IMG/VR virus record: IMGVR_UViG_3300028844_005216 | Span: 20,269-84,268 of that record | DNA: 64,000 bases | Direction: 5' to 3' (one strand) | Source: a virus | Shown here: positions 8,600 through 18,735 of the stretch, one piece after another | How the letters are laid out: every line of letters starts with the position of its first letter | Position numbering within the stretch: position 1 is the first letter of the stretch | Notes under the pieces: model-generated | What the model saw: the letters and a program-made list of their open reading frames with translations, nothing else | Databases searched by the model: none | Told to the model about the DNA's origin: nothing | Translations under genes and position numbers: made by a program

Positions 8600-8736
8600 G
8601 AAACCATCCTCATAATTTTTTCTGCCATAATATGGAAATACTCATCCATAGAATCCTTGGTCTGATCACTATGATCCTTAGACCCTTGACGATATATATC
8701 TTCAACTAATTGTATTAGATCATCCATCATAAACAT
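8596..8736 (-). CDS. Small hypothetical protein (46 aa, not in ORF track)
   Basis: MFMMDDLIQLVEDIYRQ...IMRMVS; stop overlaps next start. Confidence 0.45.
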   Translation of the reverse strand: MFMMDDLIQLVEDIYRQGSKDHSDQTKDSMDEYFHIMAEKIMRMVS

Positions 8737-8742
8737 CCTTCA

Positions 8743-8888
8743 CTAAGGATACCATTGAAGAGTTTGAAGTAACATGGCAACTTGCTCTTCAATGGTATCA
8801 TTTATAAACATGAACAAGTAAAAAAATCCAGCCAATATTGCGATTTGTATCGACCACCCTATAAGATAGGCAAAAAACTTAGCCATTA
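8743..8888 (-). CDS. Small membrane protein
   Basis: Hydrophobic MAKFFAYLIGWSIQIAILAGFFYLFMF segment; start approximate. Confidence 0.45.
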
Positions 8889-9365
8889 TACATTCCACCA
8901 ATTGGGCTTGTCTCGCTTTGACCACTTGGCAAAGTAAGCCTTGTCACCCATGTAGTAATTTCGATATGCTGTAACAGAATCATCACACTTGTATTCATCA
9001 GGCATACACTGAGGAGGTTGAGTATACTTGCCTGTCTTAATGTTTTTTGGAAGCCAGCCAAGAGCATCACGCAGCTTTGAATCGGACATATGAGTTTTGC
9101 CATAGCGATGAGTATACTCATAACAAAGACCCACAAAATGATCGTATAGCCAAGAATAGTTGGCTGCACTTGATCGTGTCCAGATCGTGCTTGGATGATT
9201 CAGATGTGCTTTCTTGTAAAAGTTTTGAGGCACATCATCATTGTCCAACTCTCGATGAGCGGTGCAGAGCATCTGCGCGCTTTCAAGAATCATCTTGACC
9301 ACATGTTTGTCGCAACTCATTTCAGCAGCAACGTATGGATCAGAGTCTAGATAAAAGATGTTCAC
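8886..9365 (-). CDS. denV: Pyrimidine-dimer DNA glycosylase / endonuclease V-like
   Basis: MNIFYLD, CDKHVVKMILESAQML, HLNHPSTIW, EYTHRYGKTH, PPQCMPDEYK, AYRNYY. Confidence 0.85.
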   Translation of the reverse strand: MNIFYLDSDPYVAAEMSCDKHVVKMILESAQMLCTAHRELDNDDVPQNFYKKAHLNHPSTIWTRSSAANYSWLYDHFVGLCYEYTHRYGKTHMSDSKLRDALGWLPKNIKTGKYTQPPQCMPDEYKCDDSVTAYRNYYMGDKAYFAKWSKRDKPNWWNV

Positions 9366-9478
9366 TTGAGATCCTTTACTCGGGTTTCCAGAACCTTGAT
9401 GCCAATGGCGATATTCGCCAAACTATTACCGATCCAAAACAGAATCGGAACAAACATAATTACAATCCATTCAATCAT
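9362..9478 (-). CDS. Small membrane protein (38 aa, not in ORF track)
   Basis: MIEWIVIMFVPILFGSVIVLANIAIGIKVLETRVKDLK; ATGA/GTGA coupling at both ends. Confidence 0.5.
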   Translation of the reverse strand: MIEWIVIMFVPILFWIGNSLANIAIGIKVLETRVKDLK

Positions 9479-10608
9479 TTCACAATCCTCACAATTACCA
9501 TTTCCTTACCAATGCGTCCGGTGACTGCAACCTCCTTGGCTGCAATATTCACAAGGGACTTTTTCAACTTAACCTTACCACCTTTCACAACGTCATCAAG
9601 AACCTTCTTGCAATACGATTCACGAATCTTCTTCTTGAATGACTGATCAGCATCAAACTCTTTGAGTGTGCTTCCCTTCACAGACATACCAATATCAGAA
9701 ATATACTTGTGCATGAATCGCGTTTTGGTATCAAACACCCAGACCTGAGTTGCACCAATGATATCAGAAGACTTAACACTCTCAATACCAAAGTCTTCGT
9801 CAGACTTCTTGAAGTTCAATGACTTCACAAGATCCTTCGGTGACTTGACCTTGCGCTTGCGAGCCTTGCGCTTTCCTCGACTCTGCTTCTGCCATTCGCG
9901 ACAATCGTTGATGATGTTCGCAAGAAAAGCAATCAGCTTACGCTTACGAGGCTTGGTCAGAAAAGCATAACCTTCAACCAATTGCTCATCCTCTCCACGA
10001 AGTGCTTCCTGCAATTCTTCGTAGATCGGCTGAAAGTGGTCAATGAAATACTTCATATAACCACCCTTAATTTCAGCCTGCTGAAGATAATCAAAAGTGC
10101 TGAACTTGCTCTTGCAGTTCGACTCAATGAAATCATCAAGCTCACCTTCGATGTGACCAATGTGTTCACTCGCAGCATTGCGTGTGCGTTCTTGAATAGA
10201 AACAACAGGAGCAGAACTTTTTGCCTGCTTCTTTGCCTGCTTCTTTCCAAGAGCCTCATTGCCATCGACAATCAACTTGGCAACATATTCATCCAACTTG
10301 ATCTTGTATCGCTCAAGGACAGAGGGAAACTCAAGACCGTTCGATGCCATCTTCGCAACAAAACCATAAGTCGTCTTGATAGAAGATGCGTCGAGCGCAG
10401 AGATCGCAGCAGCATCATTCTTTGAACTAACATACTTTGCCAGAAAGTCCTGAGCATTATTATTGGAGTAGTTGTAATTGTACCAGTTGAGAGCATTGCC
10501 GAAACGGGAGTTCAGATCCTCATCTTTAAGGTCGTACTGATCGTCCCAGTCGGGCTCCGATCCCTGAAGCTCATATGCCTTCGGAATCTTCGATGCCTTG
10601 CGTGCCAT
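9475..10608 (-). CDS. Conserved T4-like hypothetical protein (early)
   Basis: ALNWYNY, SIQER, QLVEGY, IIGATQVWVFDTKTR, SVKGSTL, TGRI; sigma70 promoter upstream. Confidence 0.75.
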   Translation of the reverse strand: MARKASKIPKAYELQGSEPDWDDQYDLKDEDLNSRFGNALNWYNYNYSNNNAQDFLAKYVSSKNDAAAISALDASSIKTTYGFVAKMASNGLEFPSVLERYKIKLDEYVAKLIVDGNEALGKKQAKKQAKSSAPVVSIQERTRNAASEHIGHIEGELDDFIESNCKSKFSTFDYLQQAEIKGGYMKYFIDHFQPIYEELQEALRGEDEQLVEGYAFLTKPRKRKLIAFLANIINDCREWQKQSRGKRKARKRKVKSPKDLVKSLNFKKSDEDFGIESVKSSDIIGATQVWVFDTKTRFMHKYISDIGMSVKGSTLKEFDADQSFKKKIRESYCKKVLDDVVKGGKVKLKKSLVNIAAKEVAVTGRIGKEMVIVRIVK

Positions 10609-10653
10609 TTGATTATACCTTTCAGTTCGGGGTGTTCTTCCCAGTGTCTCTAG

Positions 10654-10681
10654 AGTATAGCACTCTGAGGTGTGGTGTCAA
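10654..10681 (-). promoter_or_regulatory. Sigma70-type early promoter
   Basis: TTGACA-16 nt-TATACT with extended -10 TGn. Confidence 0.75.
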
Positions 10682-10767
10682 CACCCAATCCAAAAATAAT
10701 CGAAAAAAAGTTTTCATCTCTGATTATATTGAAATTGGACATATATGTAGAAGATACTTAAATATAT

Positions 10768-11715
10768 TTATTTTTGTTTAACTTGCTCTTCAATCCAATC
10801 ATAGGTAAGTTTCATCCCGTCTCGCATCGTATATTTCGGAGCCCATCCAAGAGCAGCAATCTTATCGACTGTTTGGTATCGACCCAAAACTCCAACGGGA
10901 CCATCAATGTGTTTTCGGGAAACACCCTTGCCTGAAACATCAGAAACCATATCAACCAACTCATTGACTGTAACAATTTCTGTAGTTCCGATATTAAGGG
11001 GTTCGTGAATATCAGACTGAGTAAGTGTATAGATTGCATTACAAAGATCATCAACATAGATGAAATTTCTTTCAGCCGTACCATCACCCCAAACTTCAAT
11101 CTCACCACCCTCTTGTGGAAGCATCGCAATCTTTCGACAAATAGCTGCGGGAGCCTTTTCCCTACCACCATCCCATGTTCCTTCGGGACCGAAGCAATTT
11201 TGGAAACGTGCGATGCGAACTTCTAGCCCTGTATTTCTAGCAAAGGCAAGTGCCATTCTTTCTGCGTATAATTTTTCCCATCCATATTCATTATCAGGAA
11301 ATGCAGGATAAACTTCATCTTCACTAATCCAACGCGAACCCAATTCTTGATCAGCATATACACAAGCAGAAGAAGAATAAAAATAACGACTCACCTTTCT
11401 TTCAGATGCAACATTGACCATATGAATATTGATCAATGCGCTGTTTGTCATGATATCAGTCTCAGCGGAATCAATAAATCCCATGCCACCCATGTCAGCA
11501 GCCAACTGATAAACCTCGTCTATCGTATCATCCAAAACAACTTCACACACCTCTCGCTTGGAAAGATCGCCAATGATAAACTCATCAGCTTCCGTTTCTG
11601 CATACGGAGGATGTTTGAGATCCGCACCACGAACCCAATAACCTTCACGCTTCAACTTCTTAACAAGATGGGCTCCGATGAACCCGCCTGCTCCACATAC
11701 TAATGCTCTCTTCAT
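10768..11715 (-). CDS. GDP-mannose 3,5-epimerase-like NAD-dependent epimerase
   Basis: GAGGFIG, QLAADMGGMGFI, YSSSACVY, YGWEK, GGREKAPAAICRK; GAGGAG RBS before MKRALV. Confidence 0.88.
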   Translation of the reverse strand: MKRALVCGAGGFIGAHLVKKLKREGYWVRGADLKHPPYAETEADEFIIGDLSKREVCEVVLDDTIDEVYQLAADMGGMGFIDSAETDIMTNSALINIHMVNVASERKVSRYFYSSSACVYADQELGSRWISEDEVYPAFPDNEYGWEKLYAERMALAFARNTGLEVRIARFQNCFGPEGTWDGGREKAPAAICRKIAMLPQEGGEIEVWGDGTAERNFIYVDDLCNAIYTLTQSDIHEPLNIGTTEIVTVNELVDMVSDVSGKGVSRKHIDGPVGVLGRYQTVDKIAALGWAPKYTMRDGMKLTYDWIEEQVKQK

Positions 11716-11744
11716 TTCAAATCTCCTCACGTTTAAGATTTTTT

Positions 11745-12377
11745 TCATACTAACTCCATATTTTTAAACTCTTCAAAAGATATTAAATTCAATAAATCTT
11801 TTTTGTATAAACAAAACAAATCAAAATCATCCAGAACATCTTCACAAGAAAAAATTTCATTAGTATAAAGTTCTTGCTTTCCTCTCGGGTTTATAATTCC
11901 ACACCCCTCATCAGTATCAACAGTATACACCTCAATATTTGAATTAGTGTATCTCAACTTAATCAACGATTTATATACAGTTCCATTCCAATGAGTTTTA
12001 GATTGTGTAGTAAAATCATAATAATCTTCTCTAATATCATGCACAGTAACAGGACAACAATCATGTAAAACAATTAACCCACTATCCGAAATATGATCTA
12101 AAGAATTTTTTATGTCACGATCTACCTGTTCCTCTAAATGTAAACCGTCAATAAAAATTAAATCATATTTATCATCTTCTGGAATAGTATTGAAGTATTC
12201 GTCCGAAGTCATCACAAAAATATTTGGAGATGTATATTGCGGCGATGGATCAACCCCAGTTTTATTATCACACGCAATTTGCATAAAACAATGACCGGCG
12301 TGAATGCCAATCTCTAAATAGCTGGAATAATCTTTAACCTGTATCATGTGATTTATTATTTGCTCTTTTGTCGTCAT
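11745..12377 (-). CDS. Class I SAM-dependent methyltransferase (Methyltransf_24-like)
   Basis: YLEIG, GVDP, TSDEYF, DLIFIDGLH, IVLHDC, WNGTVYK. Confidence 0.85.
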   Translation of the reverse strand: MTTKEQIINHMIQVKDYSSYLEIGIHAGHCFMQIACDNKTGVDPSPQYTSPNIFVMTSDEYFNTIPEDDKYDLIFIDGLHLEEQVDRDIKNSLDHISDSGLIVLHDCCPVTVHDIREDYYDFTTQSKTHWNGTVYKSLIKLRYTNSNIEVYTVDTDEGCGIINPRGKQELYTNEIFSCEDVLDDFDLFCLYKKDLLNLISFEEFKNMELV

Positions 12378-12384
12378 TCTAATA

Positions 12385-13152
12385 TTACTCCTCGCGTTCA
12401 TCAGAATATCTCATACTCAAATCCATTTGATTCATATTTTTTCCACCGAATCTCTTTTTAGCATCAAACCATGTCCTAAGTTTATCGTGTTTTATAAAAC
12501 ACGATTCTACCACAAAACTCCTCATCCCCTTTGGTGTGTTATGATAAAACATATATTCTTCTTGACCACCCCACATTTCATATTCTCTTGTAGAAAAAAG
12601 CCAATGACGATCTCTATACTTTTTTATAAATTCAGAATGAAATCCCAGAAAAAAACCATTTAAAGGAAATCCTGAATGGTTGCCCCAAACATAATTAGTC
12701 ACTTCGATCACATCACTTCCACGATCATTTCTAATTTGGGGTGTACATCCGGGCACACCATGTTTATTTGAAACCGGACCATACAAACCATCAGGTTTAC
12801 AATCAGAATTCCTAATAACATCTACAAATGAATTAATCCCATCATCCACTACCAAATCATCATTTAGATTACAAATAACATCACACCCATAATCAAATGC
12901 ATAATTAACGCCAACATTCCATGCGTATGTCAAACCACCAATTTTTTGATCAGTTATTTTATAATAAATCATATCATCAGATACACCATCCACAAATTCA
13001 AAGTCTAAGGTAGACGAATTGTCGATAACAAAAATCTTATAATCCGAAGTGATAGAATTTCTTATAGAACGCACCAACCTTTCCAGCATACGCCTTCCAG
13101 TAGGTCGATGGTTTTCATCATGGTAGTACGTTATCACAAATCCAGAAGTCAT
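12385..13152 (-). CDS. GT-A fold glycosyltransferase (GT2-like)
   Basis: FVIDNSS, GLTYAWNVG, LNDD. Confidence 0.75.
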   Translation of the reverse strand: MTSGFVITYYHDENHRPTGRRMLERLVRSIRNSITSDYKIFVIDNSSTLDFEFVDGVSDDMIYYKITDQKIGGLTYAWNVGVNYAFDYGCDVICNLNDDLVVDDGINSFVDVIRNSDCKPDGLYGPVSNKHGVPGCTPQIRNDRGSDVIEVTNYVWGNHSGFPLNGFFLGFHSEFIKKYRDRHWLFSTREYEMWGGQEEYMFYHNTPKGMRSFVVESCFIKHDKLRTWFDAKKRFGGKNMNQMDLSMRYSDEREE

Positions 13153-13943
13153 AATATCTTATTAGCCCAACCCGTTATCAAATTCTCCCAATATATAGAA
13201 TATGCCAAATCTTTTGGGTTATTTTTAACTCTTTCATATTCCGAATTCAAAAAATCTAAATCAGATAATTGATTCCAATCAGACAGAGCAATGATCGGTG
13301 CCTCCAAAAAAGATTCCAAAGGAAACTTGCTCTTAACAATCGGAACCCGACCAAACCGAATAACCTCCCAAAGTCTATGAGTATCAGCGGGAGCATTTCC
13401 TCTAGGACACACCACCATCTTATGGTCCAAAATATTCAAAGCATAATCGTAAAAAGATAAGGGAGCATGATCTTGTGGTTTGTTGTAAATATGACAAGTT
13501 ATATGAGGGAGATTTTGGCAAATTTGTGCAACACGATTCCGACCGAAATAATTACCAAAATTGAAATTGGCATATACTTCTTTTGTAGGATCTCTTTGGG
13601 GGGGAGTTTCCAAAGTTTCTTTCTTTAACGTCCTCCACGGGCCCGGAACAGAACCCTGCATTTCTACAGCACATTCTTCTGTATTCTCTAATCCAAAAGG
13701 AACAGGAACAACCAATGGGCTATCTACCTGAACAACTTGACAAAACCATTTTTTAAGGCTAGGTGGAGCCATTGACAATAATTCATCAGTAACCGGATAA
13801 TCACTGTTACCAGAGATTAAAATAAATGGGTCATCACGATATTTTGCCTGCTCAAATAAAGATAAAACAAATTCATATTTTCTGAAAAAAATATTCTTGT
13901 TATTATCCAATTTGGATAGATCATTAAATCTAAAAAATTTCAC
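13149..13943 (-). CDS. Exostosin/GT47-like glycosyltransferase
   Basis: VPFGLEN, YANF, VVCPRGN..DTHRLWE, GRVPIV. Confidence 0.7.
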   Translation of the reverse strand: MKFFRFNDLSKLDNNKNIFFRKYEFVLSLFEQAKYRDDPFILISGNSDYPVTDELLSMAPPSLKKWFCQVVQVDSPLVVPVPFGLENTEECAVEMQGSVPGPWRTLKKETLETPPQRDPTKEVYANFNFGNYFGRNRVAQICQNLPHITCHIYNKPQDHAPLSFYDYALNILDHKMVVCPRGNAPADTHRLWEVIRFGRVPIVKSKFPLESFLEAPIIALSDWNQLSDLDFLNSEYERVKNNPKDLAYSIYWENLITGWANKIL

Positions 13944-14800
13944 AACGACTTTTCCTTTTCTATAATAGTCTTTACAATGTCATCTATAATATACTTATGA
14001 TCTTCATAAGGACGAGCCGGAAATACATCTATAAAAAACCCATCAAGGATCATTTGTTTTTGTTCGGGAGTTAATTTTTTCTGAAACCAAAAATCATAAT
14101 TAAAATTTGGAATTCCCATCTGAACCATAATACTTGCGGTACGATCTATTCTTCGCAGGCTGCGCTGAAGAACAAAATCTGGATGATCTATATGCTTACA
14201 TTTAATTTTATTTTCTCGAATTAACCAAGCAAATAATGATTCATCTGAAAACTCATCAAATATATGTTTGGTACTTTCTTTACCGTCTCGGGGATTATTA
14301 ATATTAGAAAATTTATTAATAAAATCATCAAAGGACATTCCTTTATTAATTCCAAACAATTTCCTAAATCCTTGAGAATATGCTGTAGTAAAATACATTG
14401 GAAATTTCCCATCAATACCATATGGTCTTCCAATGTATCCATTTGCTCCAATGGCTATAAGATCATTGTCAATTAAATAATCTTCTTTAATGCAGGAATT
14501 TAACCAATCAAAATTAATAAGAAATTGGTCAATATCCATAAGTGTAAAAAGAGATTCTTCATCATCTAACTGAGAAACCAAAAAACTTCTTCCTAATTTA
14601 GCCTGAATTCCAGAAGCAAATCCATCAAGAAGTGGAAAAATCTCTACTTTTTCTATATTCAAATGGCTCCAAGGATGCGTATCTTTGTCTGTCACATACG
14701 AAACATAGACCTTATGCCCCAACTCTATATAAAAAGAAGCAGCCTTCTCTAAGAAAGAGAAATAAGTAGGATCATCATTTACAGATAGAACAATATTCAT
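13940..14800 (-). CDS. Putative glycosyltransferase
   Basis: DID motif, KFPMY, FSDESL, RIDR; island context. Confidence 0.55.
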   Translation of the reverse strand: MNIVLSVNDDPTYFSFLEKAASFYIELGHKVYVSYVTDKDTHPWSHLNIEKVEIFPLLDGFASGIQAKLGRSFLVSQLDDEESLFTLMDIDQFLINFDWLNSCIKEDYLIDNDLIAIGANGYIGRPYGIDGKFPMYFTTAYSQGFRKLFGINKGMSFDDFINKFSNINNPRDGKESTKHIFDEFSDESLFAWLIRENKIKCKHIDHPDFVLQRSLRRIDRTASIMVQMGIPNFNYDFWFQKKLTPEQKQMILDGFFIDVFPARPYEDHKYIIDDIVKTIIEKEKSL

Positions 14801-14809
14801 TATAGTTCC

Positions 14810-15417
14810 TCACCTATATTCTATGGGAATATAAATATTATTATCACTAAGTATTGATTCAATATCTAATGTTGTAATGATACCATTCAAATGAGCAAAC
14901 TCATGCTGCCCCAGCCAACCATTTGCCCGCAAAAGTGCTGCATTAACATTAGGATTTTTACCTTAGAATTTATATGGTTTTTAAATTTATCAAAATCATC
15001 ATCATTGTATACATCTCCTCTAAAATGCGTAATCTTATTTGTGTTGTGTTCATATTGATTTATTTGGTCTGAGGATTTTACTTTAGTAAATTTAGATTCT
15101 ATTGTTGGATTAATTTTGTTAATATCAAAGGCATACAGATTTGAGTGGTTCAAAAAATTAGAAACTTGATAGAATGTTTTCAAAACAGAAACCCCTACCT
15201 CTACATAATTAATTTCTTTGGTTTCAAAATATGTCTGCAAATACAACATCAAATCAACATAAGTAATCTCACGATCTATAGACAAATCAATTAAATTCCT
15301 AACCTGTGGAGGCAATCCATAATTATCAGAACTGGCGTGATAATCTTCATCAGTTATAAAGGATTCTACAGATTCTAATGTCTTGCGATTAATATCAATA
15401 ACTCCAGACATATTCAT
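14810..15417 (-). pseudogene. Frame-disrupted SAM-methyltransferase-like gene
   Basis: N-terminal ORF with YVEVGVS and YAFDI goes out of frame near 14960; a 49-codon C-terminal segment (KNPNVNAALLRANGWLGQHEFAHLNGIITT...) continues in the -1 frame to TGA at 14810-14812. Confidence 0.6.
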
Positions 15418-16133
15418 AACAATTTACTCCTATGGTGATATATCAACTGCTCATTTTCTAATATCACTCCAGACTTAAATCCCCATTGAGTAATATCTGA
15501 GTATATATATGCGTCATACTTTCTGCATAATAAACTAAAGATTGACTGATCGTGTCTATGATCTTCAAAGTCAGAAAAGTTTTCTTGATAGACATTTTCC
15601 GAATCCGTAATCGAAGACTCAACACAACACGCACTTAACCACTGATTTATAAAATCAAGCGAAAAGTCATTTTTACAAATCGCAATAAAACTAGCCATTA
15701 CTTGAGGAAGGTCTGCATATTTATTCACGTTCAAGTTGTAAAAGCAATCACCCTTAGTCCATCTGGAATTTTTATGAAAATCTTCAAGTTGAAATCCAAC
15801 TATTCCTCTGCTTTCATTGACACACTTATCAAAAATAGGATCAAATGAATTTATAAAAACGGAAGCACTATCCGCATATACAACAACATCACCACATTCG
15901 ACCTCTTCAAGAGCATCTAAAATTATATAAGGTTTCCACAACCAATAACCAGCACCACGTTTACTACTCAATATATTATGATACTCTTGTAAAAAAGTTT
16001 CGTCTATAAGACTAGGATCGTATTCAAAAACATCATCAAAATTACCTGTCTCTAAAGCAGACTCAGAATTTATGTGTTGTGTTTTTTTATAATCTTCTGT
16101 TGCATAATTAACCAGAATTCTTTTCATATTCAA
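15414..16133 (-). CDS. Putative glycosyltransferase
   Basis: RGAGYWLWKPYII, VVYADS, WTKGD, DHRHDQSIFSLL. Confidence 0.7.
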   Translation of the reverse strand: MNMKRILVNYATEDYKKTQHINSESALETGNFDDVFEYDPSLIDETFLQEYHNILSSKRGAGYWLWKPYIILDALEEVECGDVVVYADSASVFINSFDPIFDKCVNESRGIVGFQLEDFHKNSRWTKGDCFYNLNVNKYADLPQVMASFIAICKNDFSLDFINQWLSACCVESSITDSENVYQENFSDFEDHRHDQSIFSLLCRKYDAYIYSDITQWGFKSGVILENEQLIYHHRSKLL

Positions 16134-16148
16134 AGAAGCTCCTTAGTA

Positions 16149-17144
16149 TCACTTTCTCCAAAAAGAATACATTTTTGTTTCTAATTCATAATCAACATTT
16201 TTAACTTCTCTCTCAGGCTGATCCATAGCCCAAATAAACATTTCTCTAAATGTAGATTCTAAATCCGTTTCATCTCTAAACGATAAAAGATTTTTTGCTT
16301 TTGTTTGATCAGAATATGCAAACTTAACTTCATTTCTAGGTTCATGATGGACAATTTTTGAATCGTATCCATAGTCACGCCCAATTCTCTGAATCATTTT
16401 TGCTGCATCCAAAATTGTAATTTTTTCATCTGCACCAATATTGAATATTTCAGAATCATGATAAAACATCAAATCATAAAAAGGCTTCATGTAATATCGA
16501 ATGTCTGAGAATGATCTCTCTTGCAAACCATCACCGAAAACCGTAATGTCTTCCCCCGCAAGCAGTTTTCTAATCCAAATACCTATTACGTTTCGGTATC
16601 TGTCCCAGATATTTTGCTTCACTCCAATTACATTGTGTGGTCTTACGATAGAATACCTAAGTCCAAAATGATCAAATGCAGACTTCAAATCATGTTCAAC
16701 GGCAAACTTTGCAATTCCATACGGATCTTCCGGTTCCGGTTTCATGTCTTCCGTGAATGGTGGATTTTGACCACCATAAACTGCCATAGAAGATGTGAAG
16801 ATTATCTTTTTAACCTGATACTTCACGCACAGGTTTATCACATTCACAGAACACAAAACATTATTAGTGTAGTTGAAATTGCGAATCCAATGAGAAAGAC
16901 CTTCTGCTGCATATGCAGCAAAATGAAAAACATAATCAATGTTTTCATTCAAAAATATCTCCTCTAAGGAATCCCGATCACACAAATCAATTTCATAGAA
17001 ATGGAGTCTTGGATCTACAAAAGATCGGTATCCTCCAGACAAATTATCTATACCAACAACACCAATACCATTGTCTAAAAGATATTTTGAAAAATGACCT
17101 CCCAATAGACCAGCACATCCTGTCACTAAAACTTTCATCAACAA
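16149..17144 (-). CDS. NAD-dependent sugar epimerase/dehydratase
   Basis: VLVTGCAGLLG, HFAAYAAEGLS, TSSMAVYG, YGIAK. Confidence 0.9.
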   Translation of the reverse strand: MLMKVLVTGCAGLLGGHFSKYLLDNGIGVVGIDNLSGGYRSFVDPRLHFYEIDLCDRDSLEEIFLNENIDYVFHFAAYAAEGLSHWIRNFNYTNNVLCSVNVINLCVKYQVKKIIFTSSMAVYGGQNPPFTEDMKPEPEDPYGIAKFAVEHDLKSAFDHFGLRYSIVRPHNVIGVKQNIWDRYRNVIGIWIRKLLAGEDITVFGDGLQERSFSDIRYYMKPFYDLMFYHDSEIFNIGADEKITILDAAKMIQRIGRDYGYDSKIVHHEPRNEVKFAYSDQTKAKNLLSFRDETDLESTFREMFIWAMDQPEREVKNVDYELETKMYSFWRK

Positions 17145-18037
17145 CTCTCCAAAAAATAGCCCATTTTATGAGTCCAATAAGACAATTTAATCTTATTCAT
17201 ATCATAATCATTTTGAATCTTTCGCTTTGAAATTTTTTCATATTCTAATTGTAAATACTCAAAATTCAAATCATCCCAATCCTTTACAGCCAAAATGGGC
17301 AAATCTTGATACAATTCCGATATAGGGGATTTTTCTACAATTGGAATACAATCGAGATATAATGCCTCCCAAGTCCTGTGACAATCTACCCCGGCACCGG
17401 GAGGAGACATGATATATTTACAGTTAATCATTTCATCGTAAACAAAGGGTGATGTTTCAGAAATTTTTATTTTTCCATCGACATTTGAAGTTTTCCAATA
17501 CTCATTTAATGGGGCAGTATATGGAAAATTATGACAAAAGGAACTCCATTCATTATTAGAATTATTATATAAATTTGATCTGGTGGGGGTGTGGTCCAAA
17601 AAATTAACACCAACCCAGTGATCTCTATTATGAAAATCAATTTTATGATCTAAAAGATAATTACTCAAAGAATTTTTTTGCCCATAATGATTTAAACCGA
17701 TAGGAATTGCTGAAATTTTATCATGACCCCCTTCAGGGATATTCCATGCAAAAATGTGCCTGAGATTTGGGTTTTGCAAAACCCCAAAATCCAAAAAATA
17801 TTCATCAGACTCGATAATAATTAATACGAACGGAACATTTATTTTATTGACACATTCGCTAAAAAAGAAGTTCAAAATATTCTGATAACCAGTTAAGCAC
17901 ACAAAAACAGTTCCAGTTAATTCATGAAAATCAATATCATTAATATTACTAAAATCTCTGGTGTGAACAATACAATCTTTCTGATTCTTAACCCAATTCA
18001 CAATTCCAACTTCAGATATAAGATCAACCACAATCAA
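17138..18037 (-). CDS. Exostosin/GT47-like glycosyltransferase
   Basis: IPIGL, SPPGAGVDCHRTWEALYL..IPIV, DLPIL; similar to 13149..13943. Confidence 0.72.
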   Translation of the reverse strand: MIVVDLISEVGIVNWVKNQKDCIVHTRDFSNINDIDFHELTGTVFVCLTGYQNILNFFFSECVNKINVPFVLIIIESDEYFLDFGVLQNPNLRHIFAWNIPEGGHDKISAIPIGLNHYGQKNSLSNYLLDHKIDFHNRDHWVGVNFLDHTPTRSNLYNNSNNEWSSFCHNFPYTAPLNEYWKTSNVDGKIKISETSPFVYDEMINCKYIMSPPGAGVDCHRTWEALYLDCIPIVEKSPISELYQDLPILAVKDWDDLNFEYLQLEYEKISKRKIQNDYDMNKIKLSYWTHKMGYFLESC

Positions 18038-18735
18038 ACCCCTAACCCAAAGTTGTTTGCCTTGCGTTCGTAGAACAACTTCTCATCATGAATACGATCC
18101 TCATCATTATCATTATCTATGTATAACTGATCATACCCACTCTTTGCCCCATCATATCCATTTGAGTGTGTCCAGTCTGGGTGCTGATGCTTGAATATTG
18201 GTTCAGGGATAAATGCTAATTTATCAAGACGATCAGCAACTTCTGTAAACTCATTGTCGCACCAAAAGGTAATGTATTCTGGATAATAGATGTAGTTGAA
18301 TCGTTCATAATAGGGCTTTCCCATGATACACATTGTATCGGTCCTATTGTTGTATCCATCATAAAACCAAAGCACCCCATCTCCGTCATCATAACAAACA
18401 TCAAGTTCCTGAACGATTACGTCATCCCAACCTTTCTGTAAGACTTCCCAGTCATCAGAAGGCTGCATTAGAATATCGTAATCCGAAGAAACCTTTTCAA
18501 TATCCCGATTTACAGAACCAATCTTTCCAGCACGTTCATCGAAAAAATACGAAAGATTGTCATATGATTCAAGGCGCTTAATTGTTTCGGGAGTATTCAT
18601 AGTCTCGTCATCATTGTCACACGAAATTAGATAATGACAATCATGGTCCCCAGACTGTGAATTAACAAACTGATCCAACACATTAAAAAATGTGTCATGT
18701 CTTCCGCGAGTCGGAAACTTTACCAACAACTTCAT
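18034..18735 (-). CDS. GT2-like glycosyltransferase
   Basis: KFPTRGR, KIGSVNRD, SDD, GWD, WCDNEFT, HQHP. Confidence 0.8.
   Translation of the reverse strand: MKLLVKFPTRGRHDTFFNVLDQFVNSQSGDHDCHYLISCDNDDETMNTPETIKRLESYDNLSYFFDERAGKIGSVNRDIEKVSSDYDILMQPSDDWEVLQKGWDDVIVQELDVCYDDGDGVLWFYDGYNNRTDTMCIMGKPYYERFNYIYYPEYITFWCDNEFTEVADRLDKLAFIPEPIFKHQHPDWTHSNGYDGAKSGYDQLYIDNDNDEDRIHDEKLFYERKANNFGLGV

Noticed and set aside
10658-10684. CIRCE (HrcA) operator at the early promoter
   Set aside because: Only the TAGCACTC half matches; the right arm matches 4 of 9 positions
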